Shown here: piece after piece, positions 43,423-53,031 of the stretch
How positions within the stretch are numbered: the stretch's first letter is position 1
How the letters are laid out: each line of letters opens with the position of its first letter
Source: a phage
Direction: 5' to 3' (one strand)
Sequence record: PQ374922.1
Length of the DNA: 64,000 nt
Made by a program: the position numbers and the translations under genes
The notes under the pieces: generated by a model
Databases searched by the model: none
Told to the model about the DNA's origin: nothing
What the model saw: only the letters and a program-made list of their open reading frames with translations

Positions 43423-45369
43423 TTACCATTCCCACAGGATGCGGGAATTATCTGTTTTGTTCTCAGGCTCAAGATATGAGCTGTTGAAGTTATTGGTCGT
43501 GTTGATCCTCTTAGAAGCATCCACATTCTGCTGTACTGGCATCACGACGCTGGCCGGAGGCGGTGAATAGCCGCCTTGTACTTGCTCAATATTAGACAGC
43601 GCCCTCCCTTGTGATGGCATGGCCCCGCCCAGAGTACCACCCCCGATAGAACCATACGCAGCTTTCAGCTGAGAGGTGCGGTCATTAGTCATATTCTTGT
43701 AATCTGAAGACACACCAGAAGGTATTGGAGTCAGCGTTTGTGGATCGATGTTCGGTTGTGCTGGCGTCTGTGGCTGCTGGGTCTCTGTCACATCAGGAGA
43801 CGGATTCTCATTAGTGTCAATCAGCATAGACTGGCGAGCCTCATCCATCTTCTGCTTCGCAGCCTGTCCACCCAGAGCGTCAGGGATGATGCTGACGAAC
43901 TTGTCAACGATATCGAACATCGCATTGGTGATTGTGTTCAGCATGTTGAAGAAAGGTTTCTTCACATTTTCGGCAAATCCCTTCTTGATATCGTCAATGA
44001 CCTTGTTGGCCACACCCATGCCCTCGTCGATCACACTACTGATACCCCCTGTGATCCAGTCTACCAGCTTTATCAACTCGGACTGTAGGTTGTCTGCTAA
44101 CTTGCCAGGGATATCCGTAAGAGACGTGTCTCTCCCGATCCCTGCAAACAAGTCGTTGCTAATCCAGTCGATAATACCATTCAGCCAACGAGCGGGAGCC
44201 TCAGTGATCATGAGGGTGTATTTGCGCAGGGTTTCTCCCGCCTTGGTATCAAAGCCAAAGATCTTGGACACCCAGTCAAATAGATCACCAAATCCACCAA
44301 CCAGTTCTGATATCCCCGCCCGTACTCGGTCAACTATCGTGACAGCACCTTTACCCAGGATCTCCTTCGCATCAATGAAGCCTTTACCGAAGTCCCAGAT
44401 CATAGACAGGAGAGCCAGTGGGCCGACTTTCAGGAACTTGAACACCTTCCCAAATGGACCCAGAAGTTTGGTGATACCTTCTCCCAGCTTGGAGAACATG
44501 CCGAGGAAAGTCCCGACAACACCACCGATGATCTTGAACGGCTTGAGCAAGAAGCCCTTCAGTGCATTCAGGCCAAGCATGGCCGCCACAGCAGCCCCGA
44601 TACCGGAGGAATCGTCTTTCTGGTCATCGTCTTTGGGTATAACAGAACCCGCCTGAGGATGGCCACCCGTTTCTTTGTCGGTTTCCCCACGGCGCATCTC
44701 GTCCTTCTCACGCCACTTCTGGTCTTCATCAAAGATGCGTGTCAACACTCCAACGATATGACCGCCCGTGCGCCCAATCTTGTTTTCAATGCTAGACAAG
44801 CGAGTAAGGGTGTCATCGGAGTTCTTTTTCAGTTCAGCAACATCGTCACGAACCTCGATCATCACTCCGTCGATCATGTTCAAGAATGATCCCACGCGGA
44901 CCAGAGACACACTCTGCTCGTCCATGCGCTTGAGGGTGTCATCATTGGCAGACTTCAGCTGGTCTGAGATCAGGTTAAGATACTCTAGGGACGTGTCATC
45001 TGTTGGCATGCGGGTGATCTCACCGAGGCGGTCAATCTTGCCTGCGATATTCTCCAGTTCCCGATTGCCTTCGTTACCCACATCGACAGTATCCTTCATC
45101 CATACGCTGAAGTCGCGGGTGAAGATAGGAGACATGCGAGCGAATCCCATGACGATCTCATTGACTGTCGGGATACGGATTTCAAATGGCTTGGACTCGG
45201 CCTTGGTGCCCTGTTTGGTGGCAGATTCCAGCTTGGCCAGATTCTTGTTCATCCGGTCAAGCTGTTTGTTGGTTTCATTCTGAGCGCGGAGTTGTTTGCG
45301 CTGCATCATCTCCGCCTTGATCTTGTCTAGAACTTTGACAACATCATTGTTCGTTGCTTCCTGTGCCAT
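43423..45369 (-). CDS. tail tape-measure / tail-length determinator protein (gp29-like)
   Basis: 648 aa; N-terminal coiled-coil, central Gly-rich hydrophobic segment (GIGAAVAAMLGLNALKGF...), low-complexity C-terminus; last gene of baseplate-hub operon. Confidence 0.55.
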   Translation of the reverse strand: MAQEATNNDVVKVLDKIKAEMMQRKQLRAQNETNKQLDRMNKNLAKLESATKQGTKAESKPFEIRIPTVNEIVMGFARMSPIFTRDFSVWMKDTVDVGNEGNRELENIAGKIDRLGEITRMPTDDTSLEYLNLISDQLKSANDDTLKRMDEQSVSLVRVGSFLNMIDGVMIEVRDDVAELKKNSDDTLTRLSSIENKIGRTGGHIVGVLTRIFDEDQKWREKDEMRRGETDKETGGHPQAGSVIPKDDDQKDDSSGIGAAVAAMLGLNALKGFLLKPFKIIGGVVGTFLGMFSKLGEGITKLLGPFGKVFKFLKVGPLALLSMIWDFGKGFIDAKEILGKGAVTIVDRVRAGISELVGGFGDLFDWVSKIFGFDTKAGETLRKYTLMITEAPARWLNGIIDWISNDLFAGIGRDTSLTDIPGKLADNLQSELIKLVDWITGGISSVIDEGMGVANKVIDDIKKGFAENVKKPFFNMLNTITNAMFDIVDKFVSIIPDALGGQAAKQKMDEARQSMLIDTNENPSPDVTETQQPQTPAQPNIDPQTLTPIPSGVSSDYKNMTNDRTSQLKAAYGSIGGGTLGGAMPSQGRALSNIEQVQGGYSPPPASVVMPVQQNVDASKRINTTNNFNSSYLEPENKTDNSRILWEW

Positions 45370-45380
45370 GGGTCACCTCG

Positions 45381-46769
45381 TTAAACCTTCTGTGCTTGGC
45401 CTTTCTCAATCGCCTGAGGAGTAGTGGTGGAAGCAGTTGTCTGATTGGTCTGAGGTGGAAGCACCTGCTCCAGCAAACTGTCCTTGGCAATCTCAGCGAT
45501 GCACTGATAATCTTTGGTCAGGCGGGAAATCTTGTGACGCACTTTGGTCACGATATAGTGGCCTGTCGATAGCTTACTTAACTCTGCCAGGTTTTCGTTC
45601 TTCTTAGGACGGTTGGACTGGTCTTCGACGTAGAACACCTGACCGACGTTCAGGCGGTTATCACCAACGAGCAACACGCGCATCACAGTGCTGGCAAGAC
45701 TGAAGTTGATAACACGACGAGCATAATCAATCTGCTCCGCTCCATCCGGCTGGGCTTCAATGTAACGGACGTTCTGACGATTGAATTCATCTGAGAACAT
45801 CGGGAACGGATCAAGATGAGCCGTCTCTGCAAACCACTCAGTATAGATGCGCTGTGTTGGGGTGACTGTCTTGGTCTCAAAGTCGTAGACGCGCTCGTTC
45901 ACCGCCAGGACATCGCGGTAGTTTGCCATGAACTGGTCACGCGCCAGCTTCTTCTCTGCCTTGATGATCGTGCGCATAAAGCGCTCAGAGTTGAAGTTGT
46001 TATCCTGCATGAGCGGCGCGTCCTGAGGATCACGGAACAACTTGTTCTGCTGAGCTAGTTCCTGCTTCTCTTCTGCTGTCAATGACTGGCTGCCCTGGTT
46101 GAACAACGTCGTCAGGCTCTTGAAGTGATAGCCATTGAAGTCTTCATAGAACACGAATGGCATGAACAATTCGTCATAAGAACGGCTCGCCATATAATCA
46201 ATAGATCGCAGCACAGGCCAGAGCGGGGTGGCGAACCGCTCTTGAATTCCATATGACGGGTCGATGTCTTCGAACTTGGTGCGCGACTCCAACTGATTGA
46301 AGATTGTCTTTGCCATGTCAGAGTACGAACCGTCAAGACCGAGGGAGCATCGGATCATGCTGTCCTTATAGGCATCGGTGGTCACCATGTGCAACCAGAA
46401 TGCTTTCTTGGACGAGCTGTTGGACTCATCAGCTACGCGCCCAACACGCGCTACGCGCAGGGAGAGAGTGGTGTATTCCGAGGCCGCCGGACTCTTGAAT
46501 GACACCACAACTTCTTCACCACCCAAGATAGGCATTGTGTCAAGAATGTCCCACCCTTCTTTTATCAAGACATTGGCTGTAAGCGATGGAGATGACTTCC
46601 CTTCAAGACCCAGATCCTGGAAGACGTTGAACTCCTCAAACAACGCCGTCAGGTCATATGGCGTTGGTGATCCACCCTGGGGTGTATGAGGGAGTATCGC
46701 CATATACTTCAGGTCAAATGTTGTTGACGGTGTTACAATACCGTCTTGGGTCTCTCTGTTTTCGATCAT
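45381..46769 (-). CDS. baseplate hub/tail structural protein (putative)
   Basis: 462 aa; translationally coupled within structural operon upstream of tape-measure gene; no enzymatic motifs. Confidence 0.4.
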   Translation of the reverse strand: MIENRETQDGIVTPSTTFDLKYMAILPHTPQGGSPTPYDLTALFEEFNVFQDLGLEGKSSPSLTANVLIKEGWDILDTMPILGGEEVVVSFKSPAASEYTTLSLRVARVGRVADESNSSSKKAFWLHMVTTDAYKDSMIRCSLGLDGSYSDMAKTIFNQLESRTKFEDIDPSYGIQERFATPLWPVLRSIDYMASRSYDELFMPFVFYEDFNGYHFKSLTTLFNQGSQSLTAEEKQELAQQNKLFRDPQDAPLMQDNNFNSERFMRTIIKAEKKLARDQFMANYRDVLAVNERVYDFETKTVTPTQRIYTEWFAETAHLDPFPMFSDEFNRQNVRYIEAQPDGAEQIDYARRVINFSLASTVMRVLLVGDNRLNVGQVFYVEDQSNRPKKNENLAELSKLSTGHYIVTKVRHKISRLTKDYQCIAEIAKDSLLEQVLPPQTNQTTASTTTPQAIEKGQAQKV

Positions 46770-47320
46770 TTCGCCAACTCCTGCTCCAGCTGATTGACAA
46801 ACGAAGACACATAATCTGGGTCGAGTACTTGGATGTTCCGTTTGGCTTCATTCTTACTGATTGCATCATCATGGTATGAAACTGCCGTCAGACCATAGTT
46901 AGCAATTATGGACGGCTCATCCAGGTCTAGGTTATATGCGAATTTGATAGCACGGGCGTCGGTCACATTGTTGAACTGGTCGACATAATAGGCTGTATCC
47001 CACATACCATCGATGCCGTAATCTGCAGTCAGTTCTTCAACAATACGGCGTTCCGGTTTCGGCCAGTCCTTATTGATGTCCATGATGCCGTTTATCAGAC
47101 AAGGTATCCAAAACAACTCGAAGGATCCGTAAACGCGTTCTGCGAAAGACCTTGGGGTTTCCCCATCTTGGATCGTATACGGCAGGAGAAGCCCTTCGAT
47201 GTCCTTAATTTTCTGTAAGATCATCACCCGGCGCGTTAAATTCTGTAACAGCACCTGATCATTCTCTTGGACATCTTGCAATTGATGCCAAACAAGTGGA
47301 AACTTCTCAAAATATTTCAT
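46766..47320 (-). CDS. baseplate protein with LysM-like motif (putative)
   Basis: 184 aa; YTIQDGETPRSFAERVYG fits LysM pattern (Y.V..GDT...IA..Y); LysM-containing baseplate proteins are known in T4/P2-like tails. Confidence 0.4.
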   Translation of the reverse strand: MKYFEKFPLVWHQLQDVQENDQVLLQNLTRRVMILQKIKDIEGLLLPYTIQDGETPRSFAERVYGSFELFWIPCLINGIMDINKDWPKPERRIVEELTADYGIDGMWDTAYYVDQFNNVTDARAIKFAYNLDLDEPSIIANYGLTAVSYHDDAISKNEAKRNIQVLDPDYVSSFVNQLEQELAK

Positions 47321-47331
47321 GGCATCCTCTC

Positions 47332-48300
47332 TTAGAAGCTATCGCCTTCGGTTTCAAAGCGCCCTTTGTGTAGAGGCTCCAGTTCGATGAAGGTCATGTC
47401 AACCTGCGTGGACACGATACCATCATCTTTGTGAACCGCGTATGAACTGTCCGGCGTCTCGTTGACGAACATGTTGGAAAGTACACAAGTGGAGATGCGG
47501 TGCAGCCACTGGTTACGCTCCCCATTGACCATGAACGTAATGTCGAATGTTGAAGGATGCAAGTAAAACGCGCTGGAATTCTTGTTGTACTTGTACTCTG
47601 GGTACATGTGCATCTTGAACATGCGGATGATCTCACGGACCATCTTGGCTTCCTTCTGAGATCGCGGCGTGAATTTGAATGTAAATGGAATCTCACGGTT
47701 GCGAACACCCTGGAAGATCATCTCCACATATGGGTTGGTCATGGTGCCTGTGAACAACTCAAGGGTGTCATGGGCGTTAATGCTCGGCAGGAATGGAATA
47801 GCCTCCGACGCAGATTGGATAGCCTTGGTGGCAGCGAATCGCCCCATCTCCTTCCCGACGTTGAGCGCATCACCCAGTTTAAACTGAGTCATGTCTTGGG
47901 CGGCGCGGGAAAGGAACTGTGCCCCCATACCAGCCAGCCCCAGCTCACTACCATTCCAGCCAACGCCATAGTTGGTTGTAATGGACTCGGGCATACAAAG
48001 TACGATAGACTCGTTTGAACGAACGTGACGCGCCCATGCATATTTGGTGATGGAACCAGACTTGGACCCATAGACCACAGGAGTATTCCCCAGAGGGTTC
48101 TGTATTGGGTTCTCGATAGTCTGAGTAGCCGTGTTGCCATAAGATGAACCGGAGATGCGGTTGATGTTGAATAGGACATAGTGTCCTAAGGTCTTACCCC
48201 CAGTGACGTCCAGGGGATAAGACAATTGCTTCTGAGCCTGGGACAATCCCTTCGTGTTCAGAACCTTGATCTTATCGATTGTCTTCTTGAAGTCGGCCAT
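47332..48300 (-). CDS. baseplate/tail-tube-associated structural protein (putative)
   Basis: 322 aa; first gene of minus-strand structural operon; late-promoter-like CCTAAATA 35 nt upstream. Confidence 0.4.
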   Translation of the reverse strand: MADFKKTIDKIKVLNTKGLSQAQKQLSYPLDVTGGKTLGHYVLFNINRISGSSYGNTATQTIENPIQNPLGNTPVVYGSKSGSITKYAWARHVRSNESIVLCMPESITTNYGVGWNGSELGLAGMGAQFLSRAAQDMTQFKLGDALNVGKEMGRFAATKAIQSASEAIPFLPSINAHDTLELFTGTMTNPYVEMIFQGVRNREIPFTFKFTPRSQKEAKMVREIIRMFKMHMYPEYKYNKNSSAFYLHPSTFDITFMVNGERNQWLHRISTCVLSNMFVNETPDSSYAVHKDDGIVSTQVDMTFIELEPLHKGRFETEGDSF

Positions 48301-48310
48301 GGTCTCAGCC

Positions 48311-48318
48311 CTTAAATA
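48311..48318 (+). promoter_or_regulatory. late-promoter-like motif CTTAAATA upstream of gp4-like gene
   Basis: Plus-strand TAAATA core 33 nt before ATG 48351; divergent with minus-strand motif. Confidence 0.35.
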
Positions 48319-48334
48319 GATAGAGTGTTATGGC

Positions 48335-48342
48335 TATTTAGG
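48335..48342 (-). promoter_or_regulatory. late-promoter-like motif CCTAAATA upstream of baseplate operon
   Basis: Proximal end 35 nt from ATG 48300, same spacing as the other two minus-strand late genes. Confidence 0.4.
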
Positions 48343-48350
48343 ACTAGATT

Positions 48351-48965
48351 ATGAGCAACTATCTTCAGGGGAAGTACACCCCAGTTAATCCCAAGAAATA
48401 TCAGGGGAATGTGAACAACATCATCTTCCGCTCTTCGCTGGAGTTGGTGGCTTTCAAGTTCTGTGATATGAACTCCGCGATAGTGAAGTGGTCTAGTGAG
48501 GAGACCGTAATCCCTTACATTTCCCCAGTAGACGGGCGCACCCATCGTTACTTCATGGACCTCAAGGTCTGGACGCGCCGTGAAGGGCAAGAGGAACTAC
48601 AGGTCACCCTCATTGAGATCAAGCCCAAAGACCAGATCAAGCAGCCGAAGAAGACTCCGAACATGAAGGAGTCGACATTCAACAATGCGATGCGAACCTG
48701 GTTGGTCAATTCTGCCAAGTGGCAGGCCACCCGCGAACTGTGTGCCAAGAAGAACTGGAAGTTCATTATATGGACCGAAGAGCATCTTGTTCCGGGTGAA
48801 GATCCGGATGTTCGTAAACAGTTTGAGCTGAAGTCGAAAAAGAAACGGGATATGGAGATGCAAGACCGTCGCCATGCTGAGCGTGTCAGATTCTTGAAAG
48901 AACAGATGATGAAGGAAGTAAGACCCGCCCCAACGGAGCGGGATGATGGACTGCTCTTACCTTAA
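48351..48965 (+). CDS. head completion protein, gp4-like (putative)
   Basis: Conserved-looking block IVKWSSEETVIPYISPVDGRTHRYFMDLKV recalled from T4-like head-completion proteins; late-promoter-like motif upstream. Confidence 0.45.
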   Translation: MSNYLQGKYTPVNPKKYQGNVNNIIFRSSLELVAFKFCDMNSAIVKWSSEETVIPYISPVDGRTHRYFMDLKVWTRREGQEELQVTLIEIKPKDQIKQPKKTPNMKESTFNNAMRTWLVNSAKWQATRELCAKKNWKFIIWTEEHLVPGEDPDVRKQFELKSKKKRDMEMQDRRHAERVRFLKEQMMKEVRPAPTERDDGLLLP

Positions 48966-49174
48966 CTTCTCTTGTGGCCAGGGGCGTAACAGGTATGTCT
49001 GTCGCGCCCAATTTGCCAGCCGTCTGCTCGCGCCTGTTTGACACACTCACCCCAAGTCTCACCAGTGTATTGTTTGAACCCGCACTTGGGGTGATGCTCT
49101 TCCCAAGCCCAACTGCATGCCTTGCAATCTGAGCATTCACAATAAAGATCGATGGTGTAACCTGAAATGATCAT
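48962..49174 (-). CDS. small Cys-rich zinc-binding protein
   Basis: 70 aa; YCECSDCKAC ... HHPKCG ... CYAPGH. Confidence 0.45.
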   Translation of the reverse strand: MIISGYTIDLYCECSDCKACSWAWEEHHPKCGFKQYTGETWGECVKQARADGWQIGRDRHTCYAPGHKRS

Positions 49175-49176
49175 GA

Positions 49177-49584
49177 TCAGTCTTCTAGGTGATCGTAGAT
49201 CTTCTGACGGAACGCATTACCACCAGCACAACCCTTGGCCAGCAGGTGGGTGCCGCCCGTACCGATCACGCTGATTGTTGAGAAGCCCAAGATGCGGCCT
49301 GTGATGGACTGATCAACCTTCACTGTCTCCACCTTACCAATGCGCAACTCATCAGCATCACGACGGATGAACCCGCGCTTGACGATGACGCGCTTGTTAG
49401 TCACAGCGAATTCAGTTGTCAATACATTTAAAATTGTTGGTATCAGAAATAACAAGCTGAATCCAAATGTTGGGATAAACGTTAAAATAACCAGAACGTA
49501 AATCCAAAAACCGCTCCACCAAGTCGGGCGGGTGAAGGCAATAACGTGCTCGTCTTTGCCGAGCATACGATCTACATAACGCAT
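49177..49584 (-). CDS. membrane protein with bacterial PH-like domain
   Basis: Two N-terminal TM helices (WWSGFWIYVLVILTF, FGFSLLFLIPTIL) then beta-rich segment VTNKRVIVKRGF...RILGFSTISV typical of bPH_2/YdbT-like domains. Confidence 0.5.
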   Translation of the reverse strand: MRYVDRMLGKDEHVIAFTRPTWWSGFWIYVLVILTFIPTFGFSLLFLIPTILNVLTTEFAVTNKRVIVKRGFIRRDADELRIGKVETVKVDQSITGRILGFSTISVIGTGGTHLLAKGCAGGNAFRQKIYDHLED

Positions 49585-49594
49585 GATAAATTCC

Positions 49595-50101
49595 TTATTT
49601 GTCAGGGTTCACTAAAACAGGGGTGGATACCAGTTCGCCGTTCTTCACAGAATGCTGGACTACAACAAACTGATCGACCATGCGATATACTTCAATTCCA
49701 GCAGCCAGCATGTCAATAATACCGTCTATGATACGATATGGTCGGTCATAGAACACTTTAGCGATCTTGCCACTGCCGATAATACGACGGGTGCACTCTG
49801 GGCATGGACTATGAGTGACAAACATCACTAGGCCACAACAGTCTTCAGTGTGCTGGGGGAGTTTGCTCAGAGCATTCTCCTCGGCGTGGATAACACCCAC
49901 CGATACCAGTTGACCGTCTACTTCCTTCTCACAGACATTAGGAGCGCCAGGAGCAGTCCCGTTCCAACCGATAGACAGGGGCTGGTCAACACGCGGGTCA
50001 ACGATAACACAGCCGACCTTCAGGCGCTGGGCATAGCTGGACAGAGCGTATGCATGAGCCGAGCGCATATGCGCAAATAACATACGGGGTTTGATAGCCA
50101 T
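49595..50101 (-). CDS. cd: dCMP deaminase
   Basis: Zinc-binding deaminase motifs HAEENAL and SPCPECTRRI; ATG at 50101 overlapping upstream stop. Confidence 0.8.
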   Translation of the reverse strand: MAIKPRMLFAHMRSAHAYALSSYAQRLKVGCVIVDPRVDQPLSIGWNGTAPGAPNVCEKEVDGQLVSVGVIHAEENALSKLPQHTEDCCGLVMFVTHSPCPECTRRIIGSGKIAKVFYDRPYRIIDGIIDMLAAGIEVYRMVDQFVVVQHSVKNGELVSTPVLVNPDK

Positions 50102-50415
50102 CACATCACCAGTTTCTTTTCAAGGAGGAAGATCATGTCGTCTTGGTCTGCACGACCAAAGATCTGACCCATGGCGACCATCTGGTGGACTTCCCTTACA
50201 ATGATTTCTTTGCCAGGAGTAACTTCATCCAGGTCCATGATAGTGCTGACGCGGTCTACCATGCGCGGCGGGTGATTAATGTAGCGCTGCAGGTACTTCT
50301 CGCGAGTGGCGATCAAAGTGTTCAGCTCGGACAGCTCTGTCTCTTCTTCTGAGAAGCGCTTTTCCTTCGCCTGTAGTTCAGCCAGACGCTCATACATTTC
50401 TTTTAATGGGGTCAT
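50101..50415 (-). CDS. hypothetical coiled-coil protein
   Basis: 104 aa, heptad-like N-terminus (MYERLAELQAKEKRFSEEETELSELN). Confidence 0.45.
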   Translation of the reverse strand: MTPLKEMYERLAELQAKEKRFSEEETELSELNTLIATREKYLQRYINHPPRMVDRVSTIMDLDEVTPGKEIIVREVHQMVAMGQIFGRADQDDMIFLLEKKLVM

Positions 50416-50484
50416 TTCCGGTTCCTCTTAATAAACGAAGGGAAGTATATACTCCCCCTTCTTCAATAACCGCTGAATCTTTAT

Positions 50485-50823
50485 TCAGAGATAAGATTTA
50501 CCGAGTTCGGTCAGGCGATAGAACGTCATCTCAGTGTTCGGCCAGTTCACGTAAGAACCGTCATGAACCATTGAGCCAGCTGGTTCGATCAACCCCTTGG
50601 CGAGAAGGGAAGCCCCTGTGCGGGTGTCCCATGGGTCGCCTTTGACGGAGGTGAAACCACCAGCGTTCAGGCATACCTGGAACGTCCAGACGGTGTTGCC
50701 CTTGTCATTGGTCCAGGATTTGGGATGCAAGTACCATTCACCATAACGGTAATGACCTTTCTCAAAGTTCTCTATCCCGTAGAGAACCGAGAGTTGGTGT
50801 CCTGTAATACGCGGCTTTTTCAT
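50485..50823 (-). CDS. hypothetical protein
   Basis: ATG at 50823 (ATGA overlap with upstream gene); 112 aa. Confidence 0.45.
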   Translation of the reverse strand: MKKPRITGHQLSVLYGIENFEKGHYRYGEWYLHPKSWTNDKGNTVWTFQVCLNAGGFTSVKGDPWDTRTGASLLAKGLIEPAGSMVHDGSYVNWPNTEMTFYRLTELGKSYL

Positions 50824-51137
50824 GACAATACTCCTTTCAGAGCTAAAACGGAAAGCACACCAATAATCAACCATGTCGGGATAATCGGCTTGCAGTTCAT
50901 GTGGGTTTCTCCACCTTCGATGTTCGGGCTTCCTTGTATAAGAACGTGTTCACAGGAAGCTCTGAACGTCATTACACAGCCCATCAACACAATCGGCCTG
51001 ATATAATAACCCGTTTTAGTTTGCTTCACGATACATGGAGAGGAGAAGCGCAGATATGGATCCCCTTTCCGGTAGCCTGTGATTGTGACCTTCTGCACTT
51101 CATAAGGCACTTTTTGGCCAGAAAAATAAATTTTCAT
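50820..51137 (-). CDS. hypothetical protein with C-terminal hydrophobic segment
   Basis: 105 aa; C-terminal [17 protein letters not shown]. Confidence 0.45.
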   Translation of the reverse strand: MKIYFSGQKVPYEVQKVTITGYRKGDPYLRFSSPCIVKQTKTGYYIRPIVLMGCVMTFRASCEHVLIQGSPNIEGGETHMNCKPIIPTWLIIGVLSVLALKGVLS

Positions 51138-51694
51138 ATTTCAATCCCCAGATTGGTGTAGAGCAGCTCGGCCAATGTCACAGGGCGCTTGAATTGTTCC
51201 CAGCTGCAGTTCAGGTATTCACGTTCTTCACGCATTTTACTGTGAAGATGACCATGGATATTATACGCCCAGCGGTCCAATTGATAAGGAACGTGAGTGG
51301 TCAGCACACGACCAACCGGAGTATCACGCTCATACATCGCACCAAAGGAGCTAATCCATCCCTCTTGATACAGCTTCATCAACATCTTGAATCTGTCATG
51401 GTTGCCTTGCGCCACCCTGATGATAAAGTTCGGTCGCCAGTCATCGGGAACCGGGCGGCGCTTGAACTCATCAATATTCCGCTTGGCACCCTCGCGCATC
51501 AGGCGAATGAACCCCTCAGCCCCGATGAAGCAGATGTCGCCTGCAAGTTCAAGGACGTCTCGAGACTTCAGCCCCTGAAAGATACTGTCGATAACTGCAG
51601 CATCATGCGCCTCTTGGGTATCGAACCCACGGGGCTTGAAGATCTTCTTGTGTCCAAGGTGGGTGTCTCCCAGATACTTTACAATTCCTGCCAT
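51134..51694 (-). CDS. metallophosphoesterase (calcineurin-like phosphoesterase)
   Basis: Motifs GDTHLG, GNHD, HGHLH; ATG at 51694 preceded by strong SD GAGGAG and overlapping upstream stop (TAATG). Confidence 0.7.
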   Translation of the reverse strand: MAGIVKYLGDTHLGHKKIFKPRGFDTQEAHDAAVIDSIFQGLKSRDVLELAGDICFIGAEGFIRLMREGAKRNIDEFKRRPVPDDWRPNFIIRVAQGNHDRFKMLMKLYQEGWISSFGAMYERDTPVGRVLTTHVPYQLDRWAYNIHGHLHSKMREEREYLNCSWEQFKRPVTLAELLYTNLGIEI

Positions 51695-52035
51695 TATGGT
51701 CTCCTCAACCATTCTAAAATCGGTACGTTCACAAACCCTTTATGCCAGCGATGTGGTTTGTGACCTCTGTTGTGTTCGAGCAAACACGTGTCCGGTGGGA
51801 CACTGAAGTGGATGCCGTCGATGTCGTAGTAATGCCCATCAATCAGAGTATACACATGACCTTCGGTCTGACTGTAATGGATCTCTGCTTGGGGATACAC
51901 GTGCTTCAACAACAGAGCGACCTGGTAACACTTCCCGTTCTTCCCCACGTACTCGACATCCACCTGTTGTGGAAACACATCTTTGACAAGGTTTATCAAT
52001 CTCGTGATGTCATTTACAACAACCGAACGTTTCAT
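51694..52035 (-). CDS. hypothetical protein
   Basis: ATG at 52035 with SD GGGAGAGG; the longer ORF-track start would lie inside an intrinsic terminator hairpin. Confidence 0.45.
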   Translation of the reverse strand: MKRSVVVNDITRLINLVKDVFPQQVDVEYVGKNGKCYQVALLLKHVYPQAEIHYSQTEGHVYTLIDGHYYDIDGIHFSVPPDTCLLEHNRGHKPHRWHKGFVNVPILEWLRRP

Positions 52036-52085
52036 ATCGCCTCTCCCGAGGATTCGTTGGTGAACCAATGATACTCTATCCCGGA

Positions 52086-52109
52086 TATAGAAAAGCCCCT
52101 CACGGGGCT
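52086..52109 (-). terminator. intrinsic terminator (minus strand)
   Basis: AGCCCC-GTGA-GGGGCT on minus strand followed by TTTTCT. Confidence 0.55.
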
Positions 52110-52402
52110 TGATCATCTTCATCAGGGAATATACGCCATCGACCTATTCCATACCACTCACCGATAGAGTTCCATGTCCTTTCCCCAGGCCAGCCACCGA
52201 CCGTGTAGTAATGCGCCACCAGCCGCCAGTAAGGAAGAGAGGCCGTGTTCACGCCGCCGTCGGCCTTTAGGCAGGCCAAGTACCAATTCGTGAGACTGAA
52301 CGCCTGAAATAACGGATGAAGGAACATGAAGTACAGGTAGCCCAATATGGCTGCGAACACCCCAGCTGTTACGATCACACCGATGACAGTGAATACAATC
52401 AT
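52100..52402 (-). CDS. small membrane protein
   Basis: 100 aa; N-terminal TM helix MIVFTVIGVIVTAGVFAAILGYLYF. Confidence 0.45.
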   Translation of the reverse strand: MIVFTVIGVIVTAGVFAAILGYLYFMFLHPLFQAFSLTNWYLACLKADGGVNTASLPYWRLVAHYYTVGGWPGERTWNSIGEWYGIGRWRIFPDEDDQAP

Positions 52403-53031
52403 CCCACAACCTCCAGCCCCATCAGATCTTCCATGGTCTTCTGAATACGCAGCCAGTCAAGCGCAGCGTCATAACGAGGGTCGTGATAGACCATACCTTC
52501 CAGTTCCCACGCCTTGATGCCAGCATACCGATCCTGCTGTCCAACACCCTTCAGCCAACTCACGATGTCGAAGGTGTGGTGGTAGTCCCAAGGCTCGTTG
52601 GAGTCCTGCTTACACGTCACCTCAATGATGTGCTGAGCCTTGCGCAGATCGAACAAGTTACGGTCACACCAGTCAACCGAGCGCGGGTCTACCCCAAGAA
52701 GATGACAACCCTTGCGGATTTCATCGGCCAGCTGGAAGATAGAGATGTCATCTTCCTTGGGATACAGACTGACGGCGCGAGCCGCATCACACGGGTTACG
52801 TTTACCCGTGCCCAGCCACCATTCTACCGTCCCCTGGTCCTTCACGCGACCGAGTTCGATCTGTTCTTTGACATTCAGCTTAATGAACGTCGTGCGCTCC
52901 TCAACCAGCTGCTGAAGAGTATAACGCTTGGTCAGGTCGGCGATGGTGTGTGCCCAAGACAGCATGACTGCATCATCCCAGCGCCCCAGGGTTTCGCTGT
53001 CGGCAACTGCAAGGAAATTAGACTTGTACAT
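52399..53031 (-). CDS. dexA: 3-prime to 5-prime exonuclease, DexA-like (DEDDh family)
   Basis: LAVADSETLG (T4 DexA IIDFETMG), EWW block and C-terminal YHDPRYDA (T4 HDSIHDCA), all from memory of T4 DexA. Confidence 0.75.
   Translation of the reverse strand: MYKSNFLAVADSETLGRWDDAVMLSWAHTIADLTKRYTLQQLVEERTTFIKLNVKEQIELGRVKDQGTVEWWLGTGKRNPCDAARAVSLYPKEDDISIFQLADEIRKGCHLLGVDPRSVDWCDRNLFDLRKAQHIIEVTCKQDSNEPWDYHHTFDIVSWLKGVGQQDRYAGIKAWELEGMVYHDPRYDAALDWLRIQKTMEDLMGLEVVG

Noticed and set aside
43748-44656. 302-aa plus-strand ORF inside the tape-measure gene
   Set aside because: Antisense to the tape-measure ORF; low-complexity Ser/Pro-rich translation typical of an antisense frame; no initiation signals.
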